Source of the DNA: Octopus sinensis
Lineage: Eukaryota
NCBI RefSeq assembly: GCF_006345805.1
Contig: NC_043004.1
Coordinates: 81,096,001-81,160,000, forward strand
Reading direction: 5' to 3'
Length of the DNA stretch: 64,000 nt
The notes below the pieces were generated by a model. That model did no database searches. It was not told where the DNA came from and saw nothing but the letters and a program-made list of their open reading frames with translations. Made by a program: the position numbers and the translations under genes. Below, in pieces: positions 12,141 to 24,939 of the stretch; position 1 is the stretch's first letter, and every line of letters begins with the position of its first letter.

Positions 12141-12919
12141 AGACATGTTTGCGATGTACTCAGCCACTTAAACATTGATTCAGGATCAGCTAATTCAGTT
12201 TATTAAACAACTGAATCCATCTCTTTTAATGACGGAGATCACCACCACCATCACAATTACACCACCATCTCCAAGACCGTCACCACCACCAACACGACCA
12301 CCATCGCCTCCACCATCACATTGTCCAATGTCGCTTCCATTTCTGGAGACTGCAGGTGATTTGAGGGAACATGGCTGTAATTTTTAGCAAGTCAAGCGGC
12401 CAGGTCGAGTCACTCTTCTTGAGTCGTGGTGGTGTTGGGTGTTGAGTGGCTTGGTTGGCTGATGGATTAAGGCTTTAGTTGCGTTTATAGATACGGGTAT
12501 GTTTTAAGGCGACGGGTATTAGACGAGCAACAGAGGAAGTAGGAAGAGGATGAGGGTGGAGAAGAAAAGCAGTGGCGGTGGTGATAGCAGCGTTGGCAGA
12601 GGTGGTGGTCGTCGTCGTCGTTGGGGTGGTGGGTGGTTTCACACAGAGTTAATGAAGGTGAAAATCCTCGCTGGAGCCAGGCGGATTACAACGTCTGACT
12701 TTATAACCAGCGGTCACCTGTTGTCGACGCGACGATGTCCAGCAGAACTAGAAACGACCTAGCCTTCCCTTCCCTCCGTCTCCACCCCAACCGCTCCTCC
12801 AACACCACCTCCGTAAGATACACACACTCACCTCTGGCTCTACCGGACTAATAATGATAATAACAACAACAACAACAACAACAACAACAATAATAATAAT
12901 AATAATAATAATAATAATT

Positions 12920-13353
12920 AGAAATTAAGGCCAACAGACCAGATATAGTTGTCAGAGATCATGAAGAAAAAAAAAATGCTTTCTAATTGATGTATCAATA
13001 CCGGCTGATGACAGCGTGTCTCTAAAAGAAATGGAGAAACTCTCAAAATACAAAGACCTGGAAATAGAGGTAACTAGAATGTGGAATCTGAAAACAGAAA
13101 CAATTCCTATCATAGTAGGTGCATTAGGCATGATAAAAAAATATTCAGACAAATACATAACAAAAACACCAGGACTTACAAACACATATAACATACAGAA
13201 AATTGCACTACTAGGCACTGCACACATCCTACGCAGAACACTTTCCATACAATAACCATCAGAGCATCACTACAAATCACAGCACATACCTAAGGCACAC
13301 AGAGCTGCGCTCGGTAGTGAAGTGAAAGCACGCTATAAAAATAAAACTACTGA
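12920..13353 (+). mobile_element. Young R4/Dong-type LINE 3' fragment
   Basis: ORF 13016-13255 (MSLKEMEKLSKYKDLEIEVTRMWNLKTETIPIIVGALG..LRRTLSIQ). Last ~135 bp differ from the long copy at about 2 positions. (AAT)n on both sides. Confidence 0.93.
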
Positions 13354-13424
13354 ATGATAATAATAATAATAATAATAATAGTTTCAAATTTTTCCACAAG
13401 GGCACCAATCTTAAATGATTGGAA

Positions 13425-13662
13425 AAAGATGGGCGACAGCAAATATTCTGCTCAATACCACAGATTTGCTTGTCAGTTGTTTGACCTTAATAGGCGCAGG
13501 AGTGGCTGTGTGGTAAGTAGCTTGCTAACCAACCACATGGTTCCGGGTTCAGTCCCACTTCGTGGCATCTTGGGCAAGTGTCTTCTACTATAGCCTCGGC
13601 CCACCAAAGCCTTCTGAGTGGATTTGGCAGACGGAAACTGAAAGAAGCCCATCGTATATATG

Positions 13663-13693
<31 letters not shown>

Positions 13694-14297
13694 TTGTGTG
13701 TCTGTGTCTGTCCCCCTAGCATTGCTTGACAAACGATGCTGGTGTGTTTACGTCCCCGTCACTTAGCGGTTCGGTAAAAGAGACCAATAGAATAAGTACT
13801 GGGCTTACAAAGAATAAGTCCCGGGGTCGATTTGCTCGACTAAAGGCGGTGCTCCAGCATGGCCGCAGTCAAACGACTGAAACAAGTAAAAGAGTAAAAG
13901 AGAGTAACCAGTTGAGCATGTCCCTTAGTGGCTGACGATATGTGCATCTTTGATCAGGACCAAAAATAGTGGGGATCGGGCACCATCGCTATGTGTTCAG
14001 AGGAATTCTTTGGGGTTTGGATAATTCACGTCTGTAAAAATGGGTGTTTTGTTCATCATTCTTAAACGAATCTTTTTCGAGGACCTTTTGAGCAGGATGG
14101 GCTACTCGACCTGAAGAAAATTCTAATTGGGCCCCACCTACAAGGTGATGCGCTGTTTATCTTTGTATGAGATCACTATGTCATGCACATATGGTTGTGA
14201 GGCATGTGCCTGGTATACTCTTATCAAACTGGTAGTTATGATGGATATATTGGGCTCCGTATATTTGTACCCCAGTGTCAATTTGATGGCATGCACT

Positions 14298-14310
<13 letters not shown>
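13425..14310 (+). mobile_element. Element X, 5'-truncated and interrupted by a SINE A
   Basis: GACCTTAA|CCAGTTG of the intact copy is split by the SINE at 13492-13908. Confidence 0.85.
13492..13908 (+). mobile_element. SINE family A inserted into element X
   Basis: Full head and tail; apparent TAA duplication at the junctions. Confidence 0.9.
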
Positions 14311-14390
<80 letters not shown>

Positions 14391-14404
14391 TAATAATAAT
14401 AATA

Positions 14405-14828
14405 AAGACCTACCACAAACTGAGCAAATATAAAGATCTTGAAATAGAAATGAGCAAAATGTGGAACCGGAAGACTGAAACAATACCTGTCATAGGTGCC
14501 CTGGAAATGATAGCGAAAGGGGCTGATTGCTACCTAACTCAGATACCAGGAAACCCCAAAATGGCAGAAATTCAAAAGATAGTGCTCATGGGAACTGCTC
14601 ATATCCTACGCAAAATACTTTCTATGTAATCTCAAGTTTTAAAACAAACAATTTTCGTTTGTTTGTTGTTTTTTTTCAGACATTCACTAGTACAACACTA
14701 AATACAAAACCAAATATATGGCACACTAGGCATAACAACAACATGAACTTCTAACCTGTTGTCTTTTGAGGTCTCTGGGTGAGACTTGGAGCCAACTTGT
14801 ACAAATATAAAGCAAAAGTCAGACATAG
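14405..14828 (+). mobile_element. 3' fragment of a second R4/Dong-type lineage
   Basis: KLSKYKDLEIEMSKMWNRKTETIPVIGAL..GTAHILRKILSM*, a different 3'UTR, (AAT)n on both sides. Confidence 0.88.
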
Positions 14829-15529
14829 AATAATAATAATAATAATAATTGTAAATCCAGGCTAATATTTTCGTTTGGCCACCTTAAAAATAGTAACCAA
14901 TTCATCCTCAGATCAAATGCAACTATCTTTTAAAAAATAAAAGGATACATTGAATATATTAGTCCTAGATACCCTTTACCTGAAAACAAAGTAGAGGGAT
15001 ATTACAATTAGAGAACATAGGTCGTCCCAGCTAAGGCTGAGCTGGATTTAAACAGCAATTACAACTGTTTCGACTGCATCATCGTAACTTGAAATAAGCC
15101 AACCTATGTACTTGACTAACAATTGGAGCAAAACTTCTTTGAGACGGATGTAAGTTCAATACAGACTCGGTTCATTTGAATTAAAGGACCTTGAGACATA
15201 CCATGTTTCCATCTTGTGTCTTCAAACCCACAATATATTTGTTGTTCTTGTTTAAAAATTCAACAAACAAATCATTTGCTGATCCGTGTTGATATCTGCC
15301 AACCAATAACAAATGGATATATGCACGGTTGATAACGAGAATCCTGATCTTAATGTACGTATTCGTTTTTTTACTACCTCCAATCAGATTCGAACCCGAA
15401 CATGCTAATCGCTCTTGTATTTTGCTATTGAGAGCAACTTTTTAAATAAATACCAGTTATATACTGGTGTCGATGTAATCGACGTCGTTGACTTTGTGTC
15501 AAAATTTGAGACCAATATGAAACTCAAAG

Positions 15530-16150
15530 AAGAGGTGGCGAGCTAGTCGAATCGTTAGCATGTCGGGCAAAATGGTTAGCAGTATTTTGTTCGTTCTTAC
15601 GTTCTGTGTTCAAATTCCGCCGAGGTCGACTTAACCTTTCATCCTTTCGAATTCGATAAATTAAGTACCAGTTGCGTATTAGCATCTATCTAATCGACTG
15701 GCCCCCTCCCGCAAAATTATGGGCCTTGTGCCTAGAGTAAAAAAGTATATTTTAAGGTGGCGAGCTGGCAGAAACGTTTGCACGCCGGGTGAAATGCGTA
15801 GCCGTATTTCGTTTGTTGCTATGTTCTGAGTTCAAATTCCGCCGAGGTCAACTTAGCTTTTCATCTTTTCGGGGTCGATAAATTAAGTACCAGTTACGCA
15901 CTGGGGTCGATGTAATCGACTAAATACCTATGTCTGTCCTTGTTTGTCCTCTCTATGTTTAGCCTCTTGTAGGTAATAAAGAAATAAGTATTTCGTCTAC
16001 CTTTACGTTCTGTGTTCAAATTCCGCCGAGGTCGACTTTGCCTTTCATCCTTTCGGGGTCGATAAATTAAGTACCAGTTGCGTAGTGGGGTTGATCTAAA
16101 CGACTGGTCCCTTCCCCCAAAATTTCGTGCCTTGTGCCTAGATTAGAAAA
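15530..16150 (+). mobile_element. SINE family B cluster (B2 copy, then head+B1 body+B2 body)
   Basis: Heads GGTGGCGAGCT at ~15535 and ~15756; three bodies. Confidence 0.88.
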
Positions 16151-17416
16151 GACTATTCGCGTTGGCTGGGGATAGGGACAGCGTCCGTAATCCTTGCTGC
16201 ATCTCTAATTTCTTCTCCATGCGTGGAGGCAAGAAACGAGATGGCTACAATCGCAATGCTCTTGGTCATATATCTATCCAATCGGGGCTGACCAGGGGCT
16301 AAACAGCACCAATAATCAACAACAAACAACGTGAGTGGACATCAATGATTGCCACTCCCTCCGCCATCCACATCGTCAGCATCACCACCACCCCATCATC
16401 ATCATCATCATCATCATCATCTTCATCCTCACCGCTACCATTACCACTACCACCAAAACCATACCACAATCATCACCATATCGACCACGACCACTTCTAT
16501 TTCCGCTATTACTACCACCCAACACTACTACTTCTACTACAACTCCTACCGCTATTACAAAAACTAGCTCCACTATAACCGCCACTACCACCACCAACAC
16601 CACTACTACTACTACATCTACTACTACCACCACCATCAGTAAAAAATTAACAATCGTGGCATCAGTAAAAGAAACAGCAGGAGCAGCAACATCAACAGCG
16701 GAAGTAAGCGGAGTTAACCGGACGCATTCACCATCACAACAGCAACGAAAATATGTCGTCCGGCCTAGGAAGTATCAAATGTAACCGCTTGACCTGCTCA
16801 GACAGATATGAAATTAAGTTTAGGAAGCATCCACCATCTTTAAAATAGATATCGAGTGTGTGACAGTGTGTGTGTGTTTGTGAGAGACAGACAGACAGAG
16901 AGAGAGAGAAAGAAAGAGAGGGAGGGGAAGAGAGAAAGAGAGGGAGGGGGAGAGAGAGGGAGGGATATTTGTCAAGTCCTGAATTTGTTGGTTGAGGTAG
17001 AATAATTACTTTAAATGAGGAAAAGATGGCCAGAATTAAAATTCCAATTCAACAAATTCTTGTGGGCCATATGGCGCTGTTTTATCTTGCGGGCAAACGG
17101 TGCAGATAAGCTCCTTTATTGAACCGGTATATTCAATATTGAACACGTATGTGACCGGGTCCTACAAATGCACGTAACAGGGGATCACATGTGAACTTGT
17201 ATATCCACTGAAACTACGAACATGATGAAGCAATGCTGCCACAAACAAGTACAACTAAGAAATATTAAACAAACCAATTCCATACAGTTCGATATTCAAG
17301 GGACGAGGAATTATGTACATTACTCTTCTACTCTTTTACTTGTTTCAGTCCTTTGACTGCGGCCATGCTAGGATGAAAGGCAAAGCCGACTCCGGTGGAA
17401 TTTGAACTCAGAACGT

Positions 17417-17803
17417 GTGGAAGCACTCCGTCGGTTACGACGATGAGGGTTCCGGTTGATCCGATCAACGGAACGGCCTGCTCGTGAAATTAACGTGTAA
17501 GCGGCTGAGCACTCCACAGACACGTGCACCCTTAACGTAGTTCTCGGGGATATTCAGCGTGACACAGAGAGTGACAAGGCCGGCCCCTTGAAATACAGGT
17601 ACAACAGAAACAGGAAGTAAGAGTGAGAGAACGTTGTGGTGAAAGAGTACAGCAGAGATCACCACCATCCCCTGCCGGAGCCTCGTGGAACTTTTAGGTG
17701 TTTTCGCTCAATAAACACTCACAACGCCCGGTCTGGGAATCGAAACCGCAATCCTATGACCGCGAGTCCGCTGCCCTAACCACTGGGCCATTGCGCCTCC
17801 ACA
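17417..17803 (-). mobile_element. tRNA-headed SINE family C inserted in a SINE B, 12-bp TSD
   Basis: Head GTGGAGGCGCAATGGCCCAGTGGTTAGGGCAGCGGAC; AACTCAGAACGT at 17405-17416 and 17804-17815. Confidence 0.92.
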
Positions 17804-18494
17804 AACTCAGAACGTAGCGACGGGCGAAATACCACTCCTTTCAATAATGCTGCCCTTAGGTCTAAATTAAAAAGCAAATTTCGGCTTTATGGGGACAGAC
17901 AGGCTGGCAGGGTAAGTAGAGCGTTGAAAAAAGATATCTTGAAGTATTTCTTCCGGCTCTTTATGTTCTAGGTTCAAATCCCGGCAGGGACAATTAAAAT
18001 AATGGAGAGGGGGATTCGTAACATCGACAAACGCCTCTGGTCAACATTGCTGGCATGTGTCTAAATTAGGAAAAAATATTTCAGTTCCTTGCGTTCTGGG
18101 TTCAATTCTAGCCGAGGTCAATATTACATTTTAATTTTTCAAGGGTCAATAAAATAAAGTACTAAGTTAGAGCGTCAGAAAGAGTGACTTGAACCATCTA
18201 TTCCAGTTCTTTGGTAAACTTAATCTCGTATCCGATTTAACCCCCACCATTATCCTATTACAGCCCCAGGCAAGCCTTGATTAAGCAAACAGGTCCTTGA
18301 CCAAAACACGTTCAACGTTTGATCATCCTTTCATATATCTTTTTTCCTTTCAGACCTTGTATATCAAGAACTATATTATCCATTTCACCTTTTATCCTTC
18401 GTTTTCAAACAAATAGCTGCTATTTCTTGCTGGGTGATCAAGCCTGAAGAGTGTACCTCATTAGCTAGTGACCTAGCATCTATACTTAGTCAAC

Positions 18495-18880
18495 GTGGAG
18501 GTGCAATGTCCCAGTGGTTAGGGCAGCAGACTTGCGGTTGTAGGATCGCGGTTTCGATTCCCAGACTGAGCAATGTTAGTGTTTATTGAGCGAAAACACC
18601 TAAAGCTCCACGAGACTCCGACAGGGAGTGGTGGCGAACCCGGCTGTACTCTTTCACCACAACTTTCTCACACTCTTTCTTCCAGTTTCAGTTGTACCCG
18701 TATTTCAAAAGGGCCAGCCCTGTCACACTCTGTGTCACGCTGAATCTCCCCGAGGACTGTATTAATAATACACGTCGCTGTGGAGTGCTCAGCCACTTGC
18801 ACGTTCATTCCACGAGCAGGCTGTTCCGTTGATCGGATCAACTGGAACCCTCGTCGTTATCGTAACCGACGGAGTGCTAC
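18495..18880 (+). mobile_element. SINE family C, diverged
   Basis: Reverse-complement homology to 17417-17803. Confidence 0.85.
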
Positions 18881-18999
18881 GACGACCAATTCAACCACAG
18901 CTCCGTACTAAACCAACAGACTTAAGATTTCACCTGCGATCATGAGATCACGTGACCTTTTTCTTTCTATCTATTTCTTTACTACCTACAAGGGGCTAA

Positions 19000-19190
19000 A
19001 CATAGAAAGGACAAACAAGGACAGACAAACGGATTAAGTCGAATATATCGACTCCAGTGCGTAACTGGTACTTATTTAATCGAACCAGAAAGGATGAAAG
19101 ACAAAGTCGACCTCAGCGGAATTTGAACGGCAGACGAAATACTGCTAAGCATTTCGCCCGGCGTGCTAACGATACTGCCAGCTCACCGCC
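19000..19190 (-). mobile_element. SINE family B
   Basis: Head, body and partial B1 tail. Confidence 0.85.
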
Positions 19191-19764
19191 TTCTATCTAT
19201 CTGTCTTTTTTTTTTTTTTTTTAATCAACTGTTCAAATATCTAGTGCAGCTTTATTTAAAACAGTTTAGAACGACTAGTTAGAGATTTGCTTGTTATTTC
19301 TAGCATATCTACCGACCAGACTCATAAATTATGCTGTCATTAATGACATATCGTTAATCATGGCTTAAAATATTATTCATTTAATTACATTAGCTATTAT
19401 TTATGGTGCAATTAATTCATTTCATTAATGAGTAGGCACTGCAAGTCCGAGTGGCTAAGAATTTTGTTTTGTAACCACAAGATCCTGATTTCGACCCTTC
19501 TGCGCGGCATTTTGGGCAAACGGCATTTTCTTTAGCTGCGGATCGACCCATACCTCGCGAGTGAAACTGAGTAGACGGAAACTACAATGAAGCCCGTCAG
19601 GTGGATTGTACTTATAATTCAAAAGGTACAGCCTTGGTACACGTGTCTAAGGAATATTCGGCCATATACACGTTAATGCAATGAACAGGAAATCCAGTTT
19701 ATCAAGCAATTGAAACCACGTTGTCGAAATACAGAGACCCACCTCATAGGCAGAATCGTTTGAG

Positions 19765-19990
19765 CAGTGGTTCTCAACAACCGTTTTTTAACGTAAGGAC
19801 CCCTCCTCATTACTTTTTTAGTCTGGGGTATCCCAACAACTAGCTTAGTAGTATTGTAGCCCAACCCCGGACAAAGTGAAGCCTATAGCATTTTATTGTT
19901 GACAGTAAACCACAGCATTCATAGATAAGAATTGGGCCCCTAAAACTGTGAGGTTCCAGGCAACTGCCCAGTGTGCCCATGTCTTCCCAT
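19765..19990. mobile_element. hAT-like DNA transposon scraps
   Basis: CAGTGGTTCTCAAC resembles hAT/Charlie termini; CAGGCAACTGCCCAGTGTGCCCATG nearby. No partner TIR found. Confidence 0.35.
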
Positions 19991-20034
19991 GACACAGGTG
20001 GGCCCTCATAGCCATTCGATATTTAAAAACTAGA

Positions 20035-20305
20035 AGGTGGCGAGCTGGCAGAAACGTTAGCACATTGGGGCGAAATGCTTAGCGGTATTTCGTCTACCGT
20101 TACGTTCTGAGTTCAAATTCCACCGAGGTCGACTTTGCCTTTCATCTTTTCGCGGTCGATAAATTAAGTACCAGTTACGCACTGGGGTCGATGTAATCGA
20201 CTTAATCCGTTTGTCTGTTCTTGTTTGTCCTTTCTGTGTTTAGCTCCTTGTGGGTAGTAAAGGAATAGGTATTTCGGGCCTTGTGCCTAGAGTAGAAAAG
20301 AATAT
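20035..20305 (+). mobile_element. SINE family B, chimeric B1+B2 tail
   Basis: B1 tail joins the B2 tail end at GGTATTTCG|GGCCTTGTGCC. Confidence 0.88.
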
Positions 20306-20451
20306 TTAAAAACGAGCTTTCAAGATAGTTCTTTTTGAATACTTGTTTTTTACATGTTCACTCGGGTAGGTTTGCAATAGAACTGAGCGAACATGTTTCA
20401 GAGACTAGGAAGAAAAAGAAACCTAGTTCATATATATATATATATATATAT

Positions 20452-20590
20452 AAGATTAATCAGCTGAAATTGCGAAGATGATCCGGTTCTTGACTGATGA
20501 TTGAGGGCTTCGAATGTCCCGTCCGTGTTTTTTGTGTCGTCTTCTAAATGTTTCACGTTCTTGTCCCACTTTGTATATTTTTTTTACTTT
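20452..20590 (+). repeat. ~135-bp dispersed repeat next to (TA)n; second copy at 40508-40640
   Basis: AAGATTAATCAGC..GATGATCCGGTTCTTGACTGA..GAATGTCCCGTCC in both places. Confidence 0.8.
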
Positions 20591-21604
20591 TACATATATA
20601 TATATATATATATTTATATAAAATATATATTGGAAGGTTTGGAGATGATGTACAGGTATTATATATTAGAAGAAATGAGGTACTCAGAAGATCGGATGGT
20701 TTATATTTACAGATATTTATTTGTATATTACATTTTTTATATATATATCATACAACTTAGATTAGCGCTTTCTCCCATTCTAGTGGGTTTGTACCTCATT
20801 TCTTCTAATATATATATATATATTATTATTATTATTATTATTGTTTATATAGATGTGCGTGTGTGTGAGTGTCTTTGTGTCCGAATTTGTCTCTTGCTTG
20901 AAAACCGGTGCTGGTGTGTTTATGTCCCTGTAACTTAGCAGTTCGACATAGAGAACGAACGAACAAGTACCAAACATAAAATGAAAACAAAAAAACAAAA
21001 CAAAGAAATACTGGGGCCGAGTCATTCGACTAAAAATTCCTCAAGGCAGTACCCCAGCATGGCCGCACTCTAATAACTGAGACAAGTAAAAAAAAAAATA
21101 CAAGAGATAAAACAATGTAACTTTGAAGAATATTTAACTGCTATTTCTAGCAGGCTGAGTGACCACTGAGGAGAGTCCATCGTGTCATAATGGTTTTACA
21201 TTCGGTGCACAGCTGTGAACAACTAACTGACCCTTCTTCGTATCTGCCCTCCACGACCGTCACACTTGAATTACATTTTGATAATAGTAACAAAAAAATA
21301 ACATTGACTCTGCTATCTGACCTCCAAACAGATTAGCAGTCACTAATCCCTGCTTCTATCTTCCTCTCTCTCTCTCTTTCTCTCTAACGCCATCTGTTTG
21401 CCTGTCTTTGTCCATCGCAAGCCATCTTTCATTCAACAAAGATTATTTCCTCTAACTCGCCTTCATTTTAGTTTAAGTTAATTGTATGTAAATATTTTCA
21501 AATTTCAAGTAGCGACCAACGGATGTTTCGTAGGAACACATCGCATTTCATGTTGGCGTCAGCCTTTAGCGTAAGAAGAAACCGTGTCTATTATTTTATA
21601 TTTC

Positions 21605-21825
21605 AGGTGGCGAGCTGGCAGAAACGTTAGCACGCCGGGCGAAATGCTTAGCGGTATTTCGTCTGTCGTTACGTTCTGAGTTCAAATTCCGCCGAGGACG
21701 ACTTTGCCTTTCATCCTCTCGGGGTCGATAAATAAAGTACCAGTTTCGCACTGGGTCGATGTAATCGACTTAATTCCTTTGTTTGTCCCCTCTATGTTTT
21801 GCCCCTTGTGGGTAGTAAAGAAATA
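21605..21825 (+). mobile_element. SINE family B (B1)
   Basis: Complete head, body and tail. Confidence 0.9.
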
Positions 21826-22003
21826 TATTTCAGAGGCGCAAGCATGGCTGTGTGATTAAGGAGACAGCTTTGCAACAATTTCGTTTCCAGTTCAACTTCA
21901 CTCCATCGCACTTTCTACTATAACACTGAGCCAACCGATGCCTTGCTACTGAGTCTGGTAGACGAAAATTGTTTGGAGGCCAGTTCTAAACACAAAATAT
22001 ATA

Positions 22004-22051
<48 letters not shown>

Positions 22052-22486
22052 TCTTTTACTTGTTTCAGTCATTTGACTGCAGCCATGCTGGAACACCACC
22101 TTTAGTCGAACATATCGACCCCAGGACTTATTCTTTGCAAGCCTAGTACTTATTCTATCGGGGTCTTTTGCCGAACCGCAAGGCGCCCGAAACTTAGCAG
22201 TTCCGCAAAAGTAACCAATAGAATAAGTACTAGGCTTACAAAGAATAAGTTCTGGGTTCGATATGTTCGACTAAAGGCGCTGCTCCAGCATGGCTGCCGT
22301 CAGATGGCTGAAACAAATGAAAGAATAAATCTATCTATCTATCTATCTATGTATATATGTATGTGTGTGTGTGTGTGTGTGTCAAGTAAAAAGTTAAAGA
22401 GTCAAAAGGAAGAATAAGTACGGTTAGGCAACTCTTTAATCACTACAAATGTTTCCATACATACAGGTCCTCGTATATATATTTCT

Positions 22487-22712
22487 TTATTGCCCACAAG
22501 GGGCTAAACATAGAGGGGACAAACAAGGACAGACAAAGGGATTAAGTTGATTACATTAAACCCCAGTGCGTAACTGGTACTTAATTTATCGACCCCGAAA
22601 GGATGAAAGGCAAAGTCGACCTCGGCGGAATTTGAACTCACAACGTAACGGCAGACGAAATACCGCAAAGCATTTCGCCCGGCGTGCTAACGGTTCTGCC
22701 AGCTCGCCGCCA
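22487..22712 (-). mobile_element. SINE family B (B1)
   Basis: Complete head, body and tail. Confidence 0.9.
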
Positions 22713-22791
22713 AAGAATACTACCGGCTGTTTGGGAATTCTATGGGTGAACATTTGTACCCTTATACGTTCTTAACAGAACACACCTCAAT

Positions 22792-22841
<50 letters not shown>

Positions 22842-23124
22842 TTGTTGGTGTGTGCCTTTTGTTATAGGTACATAGGTACAAAGGCCTGAAATTTGGTGGG
22901 AGGGATCTGGTCGACAATAGCGACCCGGGTACTTGACTATTACCTATATCATCGACTCCGAAAGGATAAATAGTGAAGTTGACCTTGGCGAAATCTGAAC
23001 TCTGTGTGTGTGGACAATCGAAATACTGTTAAGCATTTTGTCGCACGTGCTAACGGTTCAGCCAGTTCGCAACTCTTATACATAAATATGAGAGTGAGTG
23101 TGTGGTGGGGGGATAACTGTGTGG

Positions 23125-23184
<60 letters not shown>

Positions 23185-23610
23185 GTGTGTGTGTGTGTGT
23201 GTATACTTGTATGTGTGAATTACTTCATTGTGCTCTTAGTACATTTTGCACAGATGTGACAGTGATGGGCACCACATACAGCAGGTGTTCAGAAACCAAA
23301 CCATCCAGCCTAAACATGCCTTTAGTCCGTCATGGAATTTTTGTTTGAGTGTTTTGCATTTATAAACTACTTCCTGTACCAGTAGATTCCCTTCAAATGA
23401 CGCTTCATTCCCCTCCCCCGAAAGAACTAGACTACATTAGTACAAACGCAAATACATACATACACACGTACGTACATACATACATACATACATACATACA
23501 TACATACATACATACATACATACATACATACATACATACATACGTACGTACGTACGATCGTTGGCGATTTTTCCTTATTTCACCTTCTTTATCTTTGGGC
23601 TTTTCTCTTT

Positions 23611-23637
23611 CCGACGAAGATCTATGCTCGAAACGTT
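23611..23637 (+). ncRNA. Minimal hammerhead-like motif (decayed)
   Basis: CCGACGA-A-GA(tctatgc)TC-GAAA-CGT-T; no convincing stem I. Confidence 0.4.
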
Positions 23638-23806
23638 AACAACTCTCTCCTTTTACCGAGCGTCAAATTAATATATTTCATGTGCACAACCTCACGTTTG
23701 TATTTTTTCTTCCTTTCTCTGTTTTATTTTTATTGTTTGTCTTTTCAATTGAATATGTGTGTTCACACACACACACTTATATAGATAGATAAATAAATAC
23801 ATATAT

Positions 23807-23886
<80 letters not shown>

Positions 23887-23889
<3 letters not shown>

Positions 23890-24298
23890 CGCAGGAGTGG
23901 CTGTGTGGTAAGTAGCTTGCTAACCAACCACATAGTTCCGGGTTCAGTCCCACTGCGTGGCATCTTGGGCAAGTGTCTTCTGCTATAGCCTCGGGCCGAC
24001 CAAAGCCTTGTGAGTGGATTTGGTAGACGGAAACTGAAAGAAGCCTGTCGTATATATGTATATATATGTATGTGTGTGTATATGTTTGTGTGTCTGTGTT
24101 TGTCCCTCCAGCATTGCTTGACAAACGATGCTGGTGTGTTTACGTCCCCGTCACTTAGCGGTTCGGCAAAAGAGACCGATAGAATAAGTACTGGGCTAAC
24201 AAAGAATAAGTCCCAGGGTCGATTTGCTCGACTAATGGCGGTGCTGCAGCATGGCCGCAGTCAAATGATTGAAACAAGTAAAAGAGTAAAGAGTAAAG
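23887..24298 (+). mobile_element. SINE family A, full length
   Basis: Head through tail. Confidence 0.92.
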
Positions 24299-24819
24299 AG
24301 TATATATATATACACAAATACACACACGCATATATACATATATTCATATGTAAGACTATGTTTCTTTATGTTCTAGCTACAGTGGAGACACGTGTGCAAT
24401 AAAAACCGACACTTGACAACACACAAGTACCATAATATTGTCAATATATATAATAAAGTGATGTGCCAATGTGTTGGCTCTGATTATAGGGTCTGGAATG
24501 CAAACAAGCCTACAGGCAATAATAACATCTATTTTCGCACACATACACACACACACACATATAAGCACCTATAACAATATATGTTTCATATATAGTGAGG
24601 GATTACCAATTCGGGCAAAATACTTCATAAGCTCTCTGGTGAACTTAGATTACTGAAGAACTACAAGTAATCTCTTGGTAGGTACAAAGTTATGAGTCAC
24701 CACAATTCTATATTGTAAATCCATGGATGGGCTTCAAATAAGTTGGTTTTTACAGGGATTTTTTGAGAGACAAGTTAAAATAATTGTCATTTCATATAAT
24801 TCCTTTCTTATAGCAAACT

Positions 24820-24939
24820 TGGCTTACAGCTGTTTCCGGTAGTCATTTATCGATAGGTTTACTTAATTAATTGGTTTACTGATCGATCAACTGAGGTAAA
24901 TTGAAAGACCTCAGAGAATTAATATCTTCGTCGGAGCCA
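24820..24939 (-). ncRNA. Type I hammerhead-ribozyme-like fold with enlarged stem II
   Basis: Minus strand reads TGGCT-CCGACGA-[91 nt]-GAAACAGCTGT-A-AGCCA; stem I TGGCT/AGCCA; stem II base not paired. Confidence 0.5.

Noticed and set aside
16335-16784. 149-aa Thr/His-rich mucin-like ORF
   Set aside because: Built from degenerate CAT/ACC/ACT repeats, with no signal peptide or splice support.
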